A DNA stretch of 64,000 nt from Octopus bimaculoides (lineage: Eukaryota). Where the stretch lies: contig NC_068997.1 in the NCBI RefSeq assembly GCF_001194135.2, positions 20,337,847 through 20,401,846 of the forward strand, read 5' to 3'. The notes below the pieces were generated by a model, which did no database searches, was not told the origin of the DNA, and saw only the letters and a program-made list of their open reading frames with translations. Every line of letters starts with the position of its first letter. Position 1 is the stretch's first letter. The position numbers and the translations under genes were made by a program. Positions 62,761 through 64,000 of the stretch are shown one piece after another.

Positions 62761-64000
62761 GAGTTTGCATAAACAACTGCTCAACATTTTACTGGTATTC
62801 AAGGTTGCCGGTTGGCAGAATCAATAGCACATCGCGCAAAATGCTTAGTGGCATTTTGTCCATCTTTATGTTCTGAGTTCAAATTCCACTAAATTAATTT
62901 TTTCAGGGTCAATGAATTAAGTACCAGTTGAGCACTAGGGTCAATGTAATAGACTTACCACTACCTTGAAATTGCTGGCCTTGTTCCAAAATGTGAAACC
63001 AATATTTTACTGGTATACATTTCATTGCAGCGGTAAAGTAAAGTAAAGGGGAGCGGGGGGGGGGGGCAGTCATCCCTGGAAAAACGTGTATGACAATGAA
63101 AAATGTTCTCCAGTCTATCATGCTTTAAATGTTCCTATGATTTAAAGCTCTCCCTTCAAGGTACAATGCTGGCATCAGTTTTGATATTATGGATCATGAA
63201 GACTTGTATGTTCATAAAGATCCCACCAACTACACAAAGCCTATAAAGTGGCAGGTAGGATTTCAACCATTATACTGGTCCAGGATCCTGATGAAAGGAT
63301 GAAAGACAAAATTGATCTCAGTTGGATTAGAACTCAGAACGTAAAGAACTGGTAAAAAAATGCCACTAAGTATTTTGCCCAACTTGCTAACAAGAACAAC
63401 AACTAGACATTGTTGTGGTGTAGAAATCATCATCATCATCATCATCATCACCATCATCATTATCATTTAAATGTCCATGTTCCATCTTGGCATGGAAATG
63501 TTACATACAGATGCAACCATCCCAGGAGATCACAGAATAGCTAGCAAAGAGCGCAAGGAAATTGATAAGTATTTGGAACTTTCATTTGGAAATCTCAAGA
63601 ATGTGGAACATATAAACCAAAGTTATGCTAATAGTAATCGGAGATCTTGGTACCAATCCTAACAAATTTGCAACACATCAACGAGCTGAATATCAGTCCG
63701 ACTTGAAATTATGAGCATTCTGACTAAAACTCTTCAAGATGGTCCTCTAGCAATGCCGAAGTCCAGTGGCTGAAGCAAATTTAAGATACTGTTTCATTTT
63801 CCAGCCGCTATCTAGATGTTAGCTTGTTTTCCACAGTAATTAAACATGGGTTCATAATTTCTGTCATCATGTTTAAGGCTTAATCAAATATCATTGTTCT
63901 TCTCAGATTGGTTGAGACCGACAGTTTTGGACTTTATGGAGTTTCTGGTTATGTTTTTTGGTCTTTCGTTTTTTTTTTGTTTGTTTTATTTTAAAGTGAA

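Noticed and set aside
59301-64000. A divergent partner gene upstream of COPA (human COPA is head-to-head with NCSTN)
   Set aside because: I recognised no nicastrin-like or other coding exon; the region is mostly SINE/LINE remnants.

Overview
This is AT-rich, microsatellite- and SINE-dense animal genomic DNA. The repeat families look like those of Octopus or another coleoid cephalopod, which is an inference and not a database result. Three spliced housekeeping genes can be built by hand. (1) The first coding exon of a TMEM42-like gene lies on the minus strand (5806-5988); its other exons were not found. (2) A complete 5-exon EMC8/9 (UPF0172, 'neighbour of COX4') gene lies on the plus strand (6461-15178, 206 aa), head-to-head with the TMEM42-like gene. 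(3) A complete 32-exon coatomer alpha (COPA) gene lies on the minus strand (59144 down to 21296, 3672 nt, 1223 aa); all its introns are GT-AG and exon phases are consistent throughout. Introns and intergenic DNA hold several tRNA-derived SINE families, RTE-, CR1/L2- and R4/Dong-like LINE remnants, and MITEs (piggyBac-, hAT- and Tigger-type ends). I see no prokaryote-style system and cannot claim a new biological system. The best leads are all at COPA: a candidate in-frame 36-nt hairpin microexon in the single 12.3-kb intron; a symmetric CpG-rich island with promoter motifs and hairpins in intron 1; a 318-nt intron with no in-frame stop; and the Ile164 codon that is A-to-I recoded in mammals, set among many inverted repeat copies. 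Two 10-N assembly gaps lie at 4615-4624 and 16065-16074.
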